Part shown: in pieces, positions 50,081 to 62,036 of the stretch
How the letters are laid out: each line of letters begins with the position of its first letter
How positions within the stretch are numbered: the first letter of the stretch is position 1
NCBI GenBank assembly: GCA_964016885.1
Contig: OZ024745.1
Span: 10,478,001-10,542,000, forward strand
Length of the DNA stretch: 64,000 nt
Reading direction: 5' to 3'
Source of the DNA: Eledone cirrhosa
Lineage: Eukaryota
Notes under the pieces: generated by a model
Told to the model about the DNA's origin: nothing
The model's database searches: none
Seen by the model: only the letters and a program-made list of their open reading frames with translations
Made by a program: the position numbers and the translations under genes

Positions 50081-50429
50081 AAATATATAAGTAAATTCCC
50101 AATACTTTTTTTAGAGTATAGGCATCTTTATTATATGTTTATATGTAGAAATGACTTCTACAGGACTAGAACTGTTTCATTCATATGAAATCATTCCTGA
50201 TGATATATAGACATATGTATGTACACATGTATATACATGTACACACACACACTAATATATATATATATATGGTCAAGAAATAGCCGTCGAAACGGCTTGA
50301 GCTCTGCCGTCGGGGTCATACTTGTTCCTATTACCCACTCTACTACCCTAAGTATTGAGTACTTTGGTGCGTTATGGTCCACCTGGTTCCTTACCACAAT
50401 TCCTTCGTTATATATATATATATAACTGC

Positions 50430-51555
50430 TACCACCAACACCACCACCATCACCACCACCATCACCACCACCACCACCGCTACCAACACCACCATCACCA
50501 CCACCACCACTACCACCATCACCACCACCATCACCAAAACCACCACCACCTCCAACACCACCATTACCACCACCATCACACCACCACCGCTACCAACACC
50601 ACCATCACCAACACCACCATCACAGCCACCATTACCTCCACCACCACTGTCACTAACACCACCACCACCACCACCACCACCACCACTACCACCACCACCA
50701 CCATTACCACCACCACCACCACCACTACCACCATCACCACCACCACCTCCACCACCACCATTACCACCACCACCACCACCACTACCACCATTACCACCAC
50801 CACCACCACCACTACCACCATCACCAAAACCACCACCATTACCCCCACCACCACGACCCCCCTCACCAATATAACCCCCCACCCCACACCCCCGCCACAC
50901 TACCACCACCACCACCACACCACCACCACCATTACCCACCACCATTCTGTCTGTGTGTGTATCTAACTGTGCATCTGTCTGTCTGTGTATGTGTGTGTGT
51001 GTGTATCTGTCTGTGTGTGTATCTGTCTGTGTGTGTATCTGTGTGTGTATATCTGTGTGTGTATCTGACTGTGTGTGTATCTGTCTGTATCTGTGTGTAT
51101 GTGTGTGTGTGTGCATCTGTCTGTCTGTGTATCTGTCTGTGTGTGTATCTGTCTGTGTGTGTATCTGTGTGTGTATGTGTGTGTGTGTGCATCTGTCTGT
51201 CTGTGTATCTGTCTGTCTGTGTATCTGTCTGTCTGTGTATGTGTGTGTGTGTGTGTATCTGACTGTGTATCTGTCTGTGTGTGTATGCCTGTGTGTGTAT
51301 CTGTCTGTGTATCTGACTGTGTATCTGTCTGTGTGTGTATGTCTGTGTGTATCTGTCTGTGTATCTGACTGTGTATCTGTCTGTGTGTGTATCTGTCTGT
51401 GTGTGTATCTGTCTGTGTGTGTATCTGTCTGTGTATCTGTCTGTGTATGTGTGTGTGTGTGTGCATCTGTCTGTATGTGTGTGTGTGTGTGTGTGTGTAT
51501 CTGTCTGTCTGTGTATGTGTGTGTGTATGTATCTGTTTATATATCTGTGTATGTG
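50430..51555. repeat. (CAC)n-type followed by (TG/TCTG)n low-complexity tracts
   Basis: Direct inspection. Confidence 0.95.
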
Positions 51556-52099
51556 GTATGAGAGAGAGGTGCCAACCAACAGCTGCCATGACAAATGAGA
51601 TGGGGAGCCTACATGTCATGGCAGCTGTGAGACTGATGGAACAACAGCAAGGAAGAAGAACCTATCACCTCTTGTGTTTGGAGTAGATGGCTGCTGCCGG
51701 CAGAAGAGAGGAAAGGAACTCACATACAGTGTGTGTGTGTGTGAGTTCATTATATCTTATATATATGTATATACTCGATAACGAGGGGGCAGCTATCATA
51801 TATATATACATATATATATATATATAGTCCAATTTATGCAAGCATAGAAAAAACACAATCATTATAAGCATGTATGTAGATATCATCATCATCATCTTCG
51901 TTTAGTGTATGTATATATATGGTATCCAATGATGTTGACTTGTTCTTCTTTTTGGTAAATATCATCTTGGTTAAGAGAGTGGGACTGGCTTTGTGCAGTG
52001 CCTTTGCTCACTATAAAAGCTTCACGGCACAGGCATTGCTTTGTATCTGGAGATCTCTCTGCACTTGTCGTCACATGGTACCATGGGCCCAGCACTGTG

Positions 52100-52250
52100 T
52101 CAATAATTGTGTCAATAAAGTGTAGCGTTTGTACCAGAGTTTTCAAGTCGTTGGCTGGACTAAAAAGTCACACTCGTTTAGCGCATCAGTAGGGGTTCTC
52201 CTACATGGATATAAAGTAGTGGCCGTACTCGAAAACGAGTTGGCAGCCAC
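52100..52250 (+). mobile_element. 3' end of a LINE with a terminal C2H2 zinc finger (RTE/BovB-like)
   Basis: Reads CSVCTRVFKSLAGLKSHTRLAHQ* (52121-52192), followed by a short UTR and a TA tail. Confidence 0.5.
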
Positions 52251-52251
52251 C

Positions 52252-52283
<32 letters not shown>

Positions 52284-53117
52284 GTATATGTGTGTGTATA
52301 TACATATGTTTATGTATCTTTATGTATATATGTATGTGTATAAAAAAGGAAAACATGTAACCCTTGATATGTTGTTGAGGTGGGAGAAGGTAAGTTCTCA
52401 ATGAAAGGTGTCCTAATTTCACTCCCTGTTACATTTGCTTCACTTCACTTACATTACTCATTAATGTCATAAGGGAAACTACAGCCATTTCCTTCTATTA
52501 TTTGTGAAATGTAACTTATCCCTTCTTAATCTAGCTCAGCCCTTATTAAGTGTGATATTTCTCCTCTGTGTGGCTTAGTGGTTAGAGCGTTGGGCATGCA
52601 GTCGTAGGTTGTGAGTTTGCTGATGTGTTGTTTCCTTGAGCATGACACTTTATTTCATGTTGCTCCAGTTTACTCAGCTGTAGAAATGAGTTGTGGCGTC
52701 ACTTGAACAAGATCGGAGGCATGGAGAGGGGAAACTGGTATGCATGGAGAGGGGAAACTGGTATGCATGGGTGACTGCTGGTCTTCCACCAACAGCCTTG
52801 CCCAGACTTGTGTGAATCTCACAATCATTTGTGAGCAATGGGTTTTTTTTAAATTTCTCCTCTAAGAAATACTTCTAGATTTTCCTTTTGGAGTCTTTGA
52901 CATTGTTATTAAGGACTGAATTGGCAGAACATTGGGCAAATGGTTTGTTTGGTTCGTTTATTTTTTGAGTTCCAATCCCACTAAGGTCAACTTTGTCTTT
53001 TGTCCTTCCTAGGTTGATAAAATAAAGTACCTGTCAAGTACTTGATATAATCAACTTTGCTCTACCCACCCAATCTCTAGCCTTGTACCTATGTTAGAAA
53101 TCTTCATTATTTCGTGA

Positions 53118-54360
53118 ATTGGCAGTATCAGTAGAGGGTCTGACGCCATGCTAGGGCGGTGGATGGCAGTATCAGTAGAGGGTCTGACACCATGTTAGGG
53201 CGGTGGATTGGCAGTATCGGTAGAGAGTCTGACGCCATGCTAGGGCGGTGGATTGGCAATATCAGTAGAGGGTCTGACGCCATGCTAGGGCGGTGGATTG
53301 GCAGTATCGGTAGAAGGTCTGACGCCATGCTAGGGCGGTGGATTGGCAGTATCAGTAGAGGGTCTGACACCATGTTAGGGCGGTGGATTGGCAGTATCGG
53401 TAGAGGGTCTGACGCCATGCTAGGGCGGTGGATTGGCAGTATCGGTAGAGGGTCTGACGCCATGCTAGGGCGGTGGATTGGCAGTATCGGTAGAGGGTCT
53501 GACGCCATGCTAGGGCGGTGGATTGGCAGTATCGGTAGAGGGTCTGACGCCATGCTAGGGCGGTGGATTGGCAGTATCGGTAGAGGGTCTGACGCCATGC
53601 TAGGGCGGTGGATTGGCAGTATCGGTAGAGGGTCTGACGCCATGCTAGGGCGGTGGATTGGCAGTATCGGTAGAGGGTCTGACGCCATGCTAGGGCGGTG
53701 GATTGGCAGTATCGGTAGAGGGTCTGACGCCATGCTAGGGCGGTGGATTGGCAGTATCGGTAGAGGGTCTGACGCCATGCTAGGGCGGTGGATTGGCAGT
53801 ATCGGTAGAGGGTCTGACGCCATGCTAGGGCGGTGGATTGGCAGTATCGGTAGAGGGTCTGACGCCATGCTATGGCGGTGGATTGGCAGTATCAGTAGAG
53901 GGTCTGACGCCATGCTAGGGCGGTGGATTGGCAGTATCGGTAGAGGGTCTGACGCCATGCTATGGCGGTGGATTGGCAGTATCGGTAGAGGGTCTGACGC
54001 CATGCTATGGCGGTGGATTGGCAGTATCGGTAGAGGGTCTGACGCCATGCTAGGGCGGTGGATTGGCAATATTGGTAGAGGGTCTGACGCCATGCTAGGG
54101 CGGTGGATTGGCAGTATCAGTAGAGGGTCTGACGCCATGCTAGGGCGGTGGATTGGCAGTATCGGTAGAGGGTCTGACGCCATGCTAGGGTGGTAGATTG
54201 GTAGTATCGGTAGAGGGTCTGACGCCATGCTTTCCAGCATAGTTACGTCCCTTTACGATCTGAGTTCGAGGTTAACTTTGCTTTCATCCTTACGGGGTCG
54301 ATAAAATAAAGTACCAGTAATGTACTGGTAATTGCTGGCCTTGTGCCTAAAATAGAAACA
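53118..54360 (+). repeat. 45-bp minisatellite (~25 copies) made from a SINE 5' head, running into the SINE body
   Basis: Unit ggcggtggattggcagtatcggtagagggtctgacgccatgctag matches 6887-6925. The last unit continues into the Meta-like core (54230-54360). Confidence 0.92.
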
Positions 54361-54844
54361 ATTATTTATTGCTTAAAACTTTCGTCGTGATATTTCTAAT
54401 GGAATACACCTTTTTCAGTTTTGAAAATAAATTTGTAAGAATTTAATAAACCAACTCACCACCCTTGTTCTTTTTTACCAATTTTCTATGCCACAGAACA
54501 TGTTAACCGACGCTCTACCGATTTTACTGCCAATCCACCGTACTTGTGATTGAATGGAATATATGTGCCTTCATCTGCATCATTTTTCTATTCACTTTTC
54601 TATGTTGGCATGGGTTGGACAGGAGCTTTTTGAGGCAGTGTTTTACAGTGTTTTACAGTGTTTTACAGTGTTTTACAGTGTTTTACAGTGTTTTACAGCT
54701 ATATGCCCTTCCTGTCACCAACTCCCTCTTATGACTCAGGGACATGATGTCTCTAAACCAGACTGAATCAAATACAATAGGTTCTACCTGGATTTGGGTT
54801 TCAAGACTGTTTACCTGCCAGGTATTGCATTAACTTTCTATCAA

Positions 54845-56180
54845 GGGCAGTGGATTAGCAGAGTCGGTAGAGCATCGCACAAAGTACTTAGTGGTATTTA
54901 GTTACAACTTTTAATGTTCTGAGGAAATCCTGCCAAGGTCAGCTTTGCCTTTCATTCTCCCAGGATTGATATAATACAGTACCAGTTATGTACTGGGAGG
55001 TTGATATAATACAGTACCAGCTATGTACTGGGAGTTGATATAATACAGTACCAGCTATGTACTGGGAGTTGATATAATACAGTACCAGCTATGTACTGGG
55101 AGTTGATATAATACAGTACCAGCTATGTACTGGGAGTTGATATAATACAGTACCAGCTATGTACTGGGAGTTGATATAATACAGTACCAGCTATGTACTG
55201 GGAGTTGATATAATACAGTACCAGCTATGTACTGGGAGTTGATATAATACAGTACCAGCTATGTACTGGGAGTTGATATAATACAGTACCAGCTATGTAC
55301 TGGGAGGTTGATATAATACAGTACCAGTTATGTACTGGGAGGTTGATATAATACAGTACCAGCTATGTACTGGGAGTTGATATAATACAGTACCAGCTAT
55401 GTACTGGGAGGTTGATATAATACAGTACCAGCTATGTACTGGGAGTTGATATAATACAGTACCAGCTATGTACTGGGAGTTGATATAATACAGTACCAGT
55501 TATGTACTGGGAGTTGATATAATACAGTACCAGTTATGTACTGGGAGTTGATATAATACAGTACCAGTTATGTACTGGGAGGTTGATATAATACAGTACC
55601 AGCTATGTACTGGGAGTTGATATAATACAGTACCAGCTATGTACTGGGAGTTGATATAATACAGTACCAGTTATGTACTGGGAGGTTGATATAATACAGT
55701 ACCAGTTATGTACTGGGAGGTTGATATAATACAGTACCAGCTATGTACTGGGGTTGATATAATACAGTACCAGTTATGTACTGGGGTTGATATAATACAG
55801 TACCAGTTATGTACTGGGAGTTGATATAATACAGTACCAGCTATGTACTGGGTTGATATAATACAGTACCAGTTATGTACTGGGGTTGATATAATACAGT
55901 ACCAGTTATGTACTGGGGTTGATATAATACAGTACCAGCTATGTACTGGGGTTGATATAATACAGTACCAGTTATGCACTGGGAATTGATATAATACAGT
56001 TCCAGCTATGTACTGGGAGGTTGATATAATATAGTACCAGTTATGTACTGGGGTTGATATACTACAGTACCAGCTATGTATTGGGGTTGATATAATACAG
56101 TACCAGTTATGTACTGGGGTTGATATAATCCACTTTCCCCTTCCTCCAAAACACTGTCCTTGTACCTATATTAGAAACCA
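54845..56180 (+). repeat. 34-bp minisatellite (~34 copies, 54965-56128) inside a SINE
   Basis: Unit gttgatataatacagtaccagctatgtactggga, preceded by the SINE head and core start and followed by the SINE 3' end. Confidence 0.9.
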
Positions 56181-56240
56181 TTGTTCCTCTATCAACACTT
56201 CCAAATATATTTGTCCTTTTTCTCCAAATCTATATTGCAG

Positions 56241-56599
56241 GTACTATGGCGGTAATGAAATTATTGACCAAGTTGAAAGTTTGTGTCAGAAGAGAGCTTT
56301 GGAAACCTTTAAACTGAATCCTGAAGAATGGGGTGTGAATGTCCAGCCTTTGTCTGGCTGTCCGGCCAACTTTGCTGTCTACACTGGTGTTGTTGGACCC
56401 CATGGTCGGATTATGGGACTTCACTTACCAGACGGGGGACATTTAAGCCATGGTTTCATGACAAACAAGAGAAAAGTTTCAGCCACATCAGTATTTTTTG
56501 AGTCATTCCCTTACAAAGTTGACGCCATCTCTGGTCTCATCAATTATGACACACTTGAAGCTAACGCACATCTTTTTAATCCTTCACTTGTTGTGGCAG
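56241..56599 (+). CDS. SHMT1: SHMT coding exon 2 (of those visible)
   Basis: The acceptor tatattgcag|G completes the Arg codon from exon 1. Reads [23 protein letters not shown]...[18 protein letters not shown]...GGHLSHG...FNPSLVVA(G). Donor G|GTACGT at 56600, phase 1. Confidence 0.95.
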
Positions 56600-56879
56600 G
56601 TACGTACTACTTTGTGTGTGACATCATCGTTCAATGTTCATTTTTCCATGTTAGCATGGGTTAGATGAGTTGTCCTGTTGTGACAAGTCAGATCAAATTA
56701 CTGTCTTGCTCATACAAGATATGTCTCTGGCTTGGTTTCTACAGCTGGATGTCTTTCCTTAACCCTTTAGCATTTACATTACTCTATATATACTATTGTA
56801 TTTTTGTGGTAAAGGCTTTATCTTAAATAATTATCTCACATAATATTGAATCTGAGATTATTTATTTTGAGAACAATAC

Positions 56880-57862
56880 AACCACATTACAAAGTGGACT
56901 GGGGGTTTTTTGTCATGTCACCAACACAACCACATTACAAAGTGGACTGGGGGCTTTTTGTCATGTCACCAACACAACCACATTACAGGGTGGACTAGGG
57001 GTTTTTTGTCATGTCACCAACACAACCACATTACAGGGTGGACTGGGGGCTTTTTGTCATGTCACCAACACAACCACATTACAAAGTGGACTGGGGGCTT
57101 TTTGTCATGTCACCAACACAACCACATTACAGGGTGGACTAGGGGTTTTTTGTCATGTCACCAACACAACCACATTACAGGGTGGACTGGGTTTTTTTTG
57201 TCATGTCACCAACACAACCACATTACAAGGTGGACTGGAGGCTTTTTGTCATGTCACCAACACAACCACATTACAGGGTGGACTGGGGGATTTTTGTCAT
57301 GTCACCAACACAACCACATTACAAAGTGGACTGGGGGCTTTTTGTCATGTTACCAACACAACCACATTACAGGGTGGACTGGGGCTTTTTGTCATGTCAC
57401 CAACACAACCACATTACAGGGTGGACTGAGGGCTTTTTGTCATGTCACCAACACAACCACAATAAAGGGTGAACTGGAGGATTTTTGTCATGTCACCAAC
57501 ACAGCCACATTACAAAGTGGACTGGGGGCTTTTTGTCATGTCACCAACACAACCACATTACAAGGTGGACTGGGGGATTTTTGTCATGTCACCAACACAA
57601 CCACAATAAAGGGTGAACTGGAGGATTTTTGTCATGTCACCAACACAGCCACATTACAAAGTGGACTGGGGGCTTTTTGTCATGTCACCAACACAACCAC
57701 ATTACAAGGTGGACTCGGGGCTTTTTGTCATGTCACCAACACAACCACATTACAGGGTGGACTGAGGGCTTTTTGTCATGTCACCAACACAACCACATTA
57801 CAGGGTGGACTGAGGGCTTTTTGTCATGTCACCAACACAACCACATTACAGGGTGGACTGGC
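56880..57862. repeat. 48-bp minisatellite (~20 copies) related to the 20123-24885 array
   Basis: Unit accacattacagggtggactgggggctttttgtcatgtcaccaacaca shares ccacattacagggtggactggg with the first array. Confidence 0.93.
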
Positions 57863-58165
57863 ATTTTGCTATTTTACTCTATGGATATAAGTCCATATAT
57901 CTATTTATTCAAAGTCTATACTATATTGGTACTCAAGTAAATCATCTTTTGTAAATCATACCTCTGTACCAACTAATGAGCTTGGTGATTTATCTTTAAT
58001 GATAACTTAATTAGCTAATTAATTATGGAGGCAATCCTTTCTGGAATCTACTCAAGCATTTAGTAGTGAACTGAAACATCACTAATGACAGAATATTGCA
58101 GAAGATAAGAGAAATACTTGGCAATGCTTCTTATTTGCTATAAGGTATTTTTTTTACAAATTAAA

Positions 58166-58373
58166 CCCTTTAGGATTTAAATTAGCTGTATCTGACCAGA
58201 ATTCTCTCACCTCTTTCTGTTCAAACCAGCTGTAACCGGCTGCTCATACCGATGTTGAGGTATTGTTTTCAAAATAAATACATCATTAAAATCTCATAAT
58301 TTGATATCATCTGAGATAAAGCCTTTACCATGAAAATACAATAGTAAATATAGAGTAATGTAAATGCAAAGGG
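58166..58373 (-). mobile_element. piggyBac-type MITE, uninterrupted 208-bp copy (another at 62512-62717 with a TTAT duplication)
   Basis: CCCTTT...AAAGGG termini with TTAA-like flanks. Confidence 0.72.
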
Positions 58374-59244
58374 TTAAATGATTGTATGCAACTGAATTGG
58401 TCTAATTTTGTACTTGTTTTGAAGTCATTTAAATACTTGATATACGGTGACAAATTGGCAGAGTCGTTAAAATGTTGGATAGAATACTTTGTGGTATTTC
58501 TTCCAGCTCTCTTCTCTCCTGTTCAAATCCCGCCGAGGTCAACTTTGCCTTTCATCTTTTCAAGGTCAATAAAGAAAGTACCAGTCTAATACTGGGGTCA
58601 ATTCTTCCTCTATATCTCTTTCTCACTTCCTCTCTCTCTCTATCTTTCTTTTGAAGAAATCTATGTCCAGACCTGGAGATGGGCTCCACCAGGCTTAAAA
58701 TGTCCTAGAAATGCTGTATCTCACTACAGCGCGCCTATCACTCCAGGGATTACGGAATTTTCACATCACACATGGGAAATCACAAAATAGATTTTGTTAT
58801 GTCTTATATAATACTTTCAGAGAAACCAAGGAACTATTTCTTACATATACGCAGATGCTATGATGTAAAGCACCCAGTCCACTCTGTAAGGTTGTAGTCC
58901 TGGTGTCAAGATAGCAGCCATCCACACGTAGCATCAGTATGACCACCTTGTATCAACAAATGCTCTTTTTCTTAGCAACAGTTCTACGTTACAGGGTGGA
59001 CAGGTTGCTTTTTGTTCTGGCCCTAGTATGGTCATCTTAAAGGGTGGACTGGGTGTGTTTTGTTATGTAAAATGAGAAAGTTCCAGACAACACTGTTGTT
59101 ATTTTATGTCCATTTTTCCATGCTGGCATGGGTTGAAGGGGATGTTTTTGAGGCAATGTTTTGTAGCCAGATACCCTTCCTGACAGCAACCCTTTGCCTT
59201 GTTGCTTGTTATTCACAAATAACGATAATTGATCGTCTGTCACG

Positions 59245-59812
59245 GTGTTGTGACAGAAGTGATGGTGAGACAGTGTTGTGACAGAAGTGATGGTGAGACA
59301 GTGTTGTGACAGAAGTGATAGTGAGACAGTGTTGTGACAAGTGATGGTGAGACAGTGTTGTGACAGAAGTGATGGTGAGACAGTGTTGTGACAGAAGTGA
59401 TGGTGAGACAGTGTTGTGACAGAAGTGATGGTGAGACAGTGTTGTGACAGAAGTGATGGTGAGACAGTGTTGTGACAGAAGTGATGGTGAGACAGTGTTG
59501 TGACAGAAGTGATGGTGAGACAGTGTTGTGACAGAAGTGATGGTGAGACAGTGTTGTGACAGAAGTGATAGTGAGACAGTGTTGTGACAGAAGTGATGGT
59601 GAGACAGTGTTGTGACAGAAGTGATGGTGAGACAGTGTTGTGACAGAAGTGATGGTGAGACAGTGTTGTGACAGAAGTGATGGTGAGACAGTGTTGTGAC
59701 AGAAGTGATGGTGACAAGGTGTTGTGACAGAAATGATGGTGAGACAGTGTTGTGACAGAAGTCATGGTGACAAGGTGTTGTGACAGAAGTCATGGTGACA
59801 AGATGTTGTGAC
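59245..59812. repeat. 28-bp minisatellite, ~20 copies
   Basis: Unit gtgttgtgacagaagtgatggtgagaca. Confidence 0.95.
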
Positions 59813-60014
59813 ACAACAAACATTAAAGGTTATGTTAGAGTTTCTAAGATCTTGTAAGTCATGTAATAATAGTATCTTTACTAAATATTTGTTGTTTTGT
59901 AAATCAATGCTAAATACTTTACAGCACAAATATAAAGGGGAAGATAAAACAACTTTTGACAGATATTAGCTCATTGATCTTCTGGAAATTATATTTGTTT
60001 ACATCTGTGTATTG

Positions 60015-61322
60015 ACCACACATGCCACACACCACACACACACCACACACCACACACACACCACACACACCACACACACCACACACACACCACACACACC
60101 ACACACACCACACACACACACCACACACCACACACACACACCACACACCACACACACACACCACACCAACCACACACCACACACACCACACACACCACAC
60201 ACACACCACACACACCACACACACCACACACCACACACACCTCACACACACACCACACACCACACACACACACCACACACACACACCACACACCAACCAC
60301 ACACCACACACACCACACACCCACACACCACACACACCACACACACCACACACACCACACACACACCACACACACACCACACACACACCACACACACACA
60401 ACACACACCACACACACACCACACACACCACACACCACACACCACACACACACACCACACACCAACCACACCACACACACCACACACACCACACACACCA
60501 CACACACCACACACACACCACATACCACACACACCACACACACACACCACACACACACCACACACACACACCACACACACACAACACACACACACAACAC
60601 ACCACACACACACCACACACACCACACACACCACACACACCACACACACACCACACACACACCACACACCACACACACCACACACACACCACCCACACCA
60701 CACACACACCACACACACCACACACACCACACACACACCACACACACTACACACACACCACACACACCACACACACACCACACACACACACCACACACAC
60801 ACCACACACACACACCACACACACACACCACACACACACAACACACCACACACACCACACACACCACACACACCACACACACACCACACACACACCACAC
60901 ACCACACACACCACACACACACCACACACACCACACACACACCACACACACCACACACACCACACACACACCACACACACTACACACACACCACACACAC
61001 CACACACACACCACACACACCACACACACACACCACACACCCACACCACACACCACACACACCACACACACACCACACACACCACACACACACCACACAC
61101 ATACACCACACACCACACACATACACCACACACATACCAATACACACACACCATGTACACCTCGTACACCACCACACACCACACACACCATGTACACCTC
61201 GTACACCACCACACACCACACACACCATGTACACCTCGTACACCACCACACACCACACACACACCACACACACCACACACACACACCACACACACACACA
61301 CACCACATATACCACCACACAC
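60015..61322. repeat. CA/CCA low-complexity tract ending just before the exon-3 polypyrimidine tract
   Basis: Direct inspection. Confidence 0.95.
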
Positions 61323-61356
61323 AAACATTCCTATATTTTGTTTCCCTATATTTTAG

Positions 61357-61569
61357 GTGTAAGCTGTTACTCCCGTCATCTTGATTATGGAAGATTTCGG
61401 AAGATCTGTAACTCTGTTGATTGTCTGTTAATGGCTGATATGGCTCACATCAGTGGTTTAGTGGCCGCTGGTGTGGTACCGAGTCCATTTGAACACTGTG
61501 ATATTGTTACCACTACTACACATAAGTCCCTCAGAGGTCCTCGATCTGGGATGATTTTCTACAGAAAAG
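61357..61569 (+). CDS. SHMT1: SHMT coding exon 3, containing the PLP-binding lysine motif
   Basis: Acceptor attttag at 61355-61356; the phase matches exon 2. Reads (G)[10 protein letters not shown]...[46 protein letters not shown](G). Donor G|GTCAGT at 61570. Later exons were not found in the window. Confidence 0.95.
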
Positions 61570-61668
61570 GTCAGTTTTGTATTCTAAAAAATAATTATAT
61601 TTTAGTCACATAAAGTGTTATTAGTAGTTATAGGAAGGCATTGGATTGGCAGAATTGGTAGAACATCA

Positions 61669-62036
61669 CCTACCGTCAGTAGGCACCTCTTAACAAAACA
61701 CCCCCCGTCCCACTACCCCCACCCCATCCACACCACCCCCTTTCGATGTAAAGTTATGTTGGTACCACAACATCCAGTCCTAAATAAATGAGGTCGTGTA
61801 GGTGTCACAACAAAAAAAACACACGGTCCACGCTGTAATGTGGCTGTGTAGGTAACACGGTAAAAACCTCCCAGTCCACACTGTAAACGTGGTTGGTGTT
61901 AGGAAGGGCATCCAGCCGTAAAAAACCTGCCAGACAGTCCTATACGAGCAAGTCAACCAATCTTGCTCAAGTGGGAAAATTACTGTCCAAACCCATGCTA
62001 GCGTGGAAGATGGATGTTAAACGATGATGATGATGA
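61669..62036 (+). mobile_element. RTE family-2 3'UTR fragment inserted into a Meta-type SINE (SINE halves ~61637-61668 and 62037-62220)
   Basis: Matches 39330-39699. The SINE head precedes it and the SINE B box and core follow. ATCA occurs on both sides. Confidence 0.8.

Larger units (their letters stand above)
20053..56240 (+). other. SHMT intron (36,188 bp), almost entirely satellites and transposons
   Basis: GT...AG boundaries splice GQ-R-YYGG in frame, with no missing SHMT residues. Confidence 0.9.

Noticed and set aside
50270-50410. Possible hammerhead half (ccgtcGAAACggc)
   Set aside because: No CTGANGA upstream (replaced by a TA tract), so it cannot be supported.
50355-51686. Poly-Pro/Thr/His/Gly ORFs resembling extensin, mucin or formin
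   Set aside because: (CAC)n and (TG)n simple repeats, open in all frames.
53128-54240. 345-aa and 370-aa repetitive ORFs
   Set aside because: The 45-bp period is divisible by 3 and happens to lack stops; the unit is a SINE head.
56910-57940. 326-aa repetitive ORF
   Set aside because: Translation of the 48-bp satellite.
59919-61356. His/Thr- and Val/Cys-rich ORFs, including the N-terminal part of the 533-aa ORF
   Set aside because: CA microsatellite translation; only 61357-61569, after the acceptor, is SHMT.
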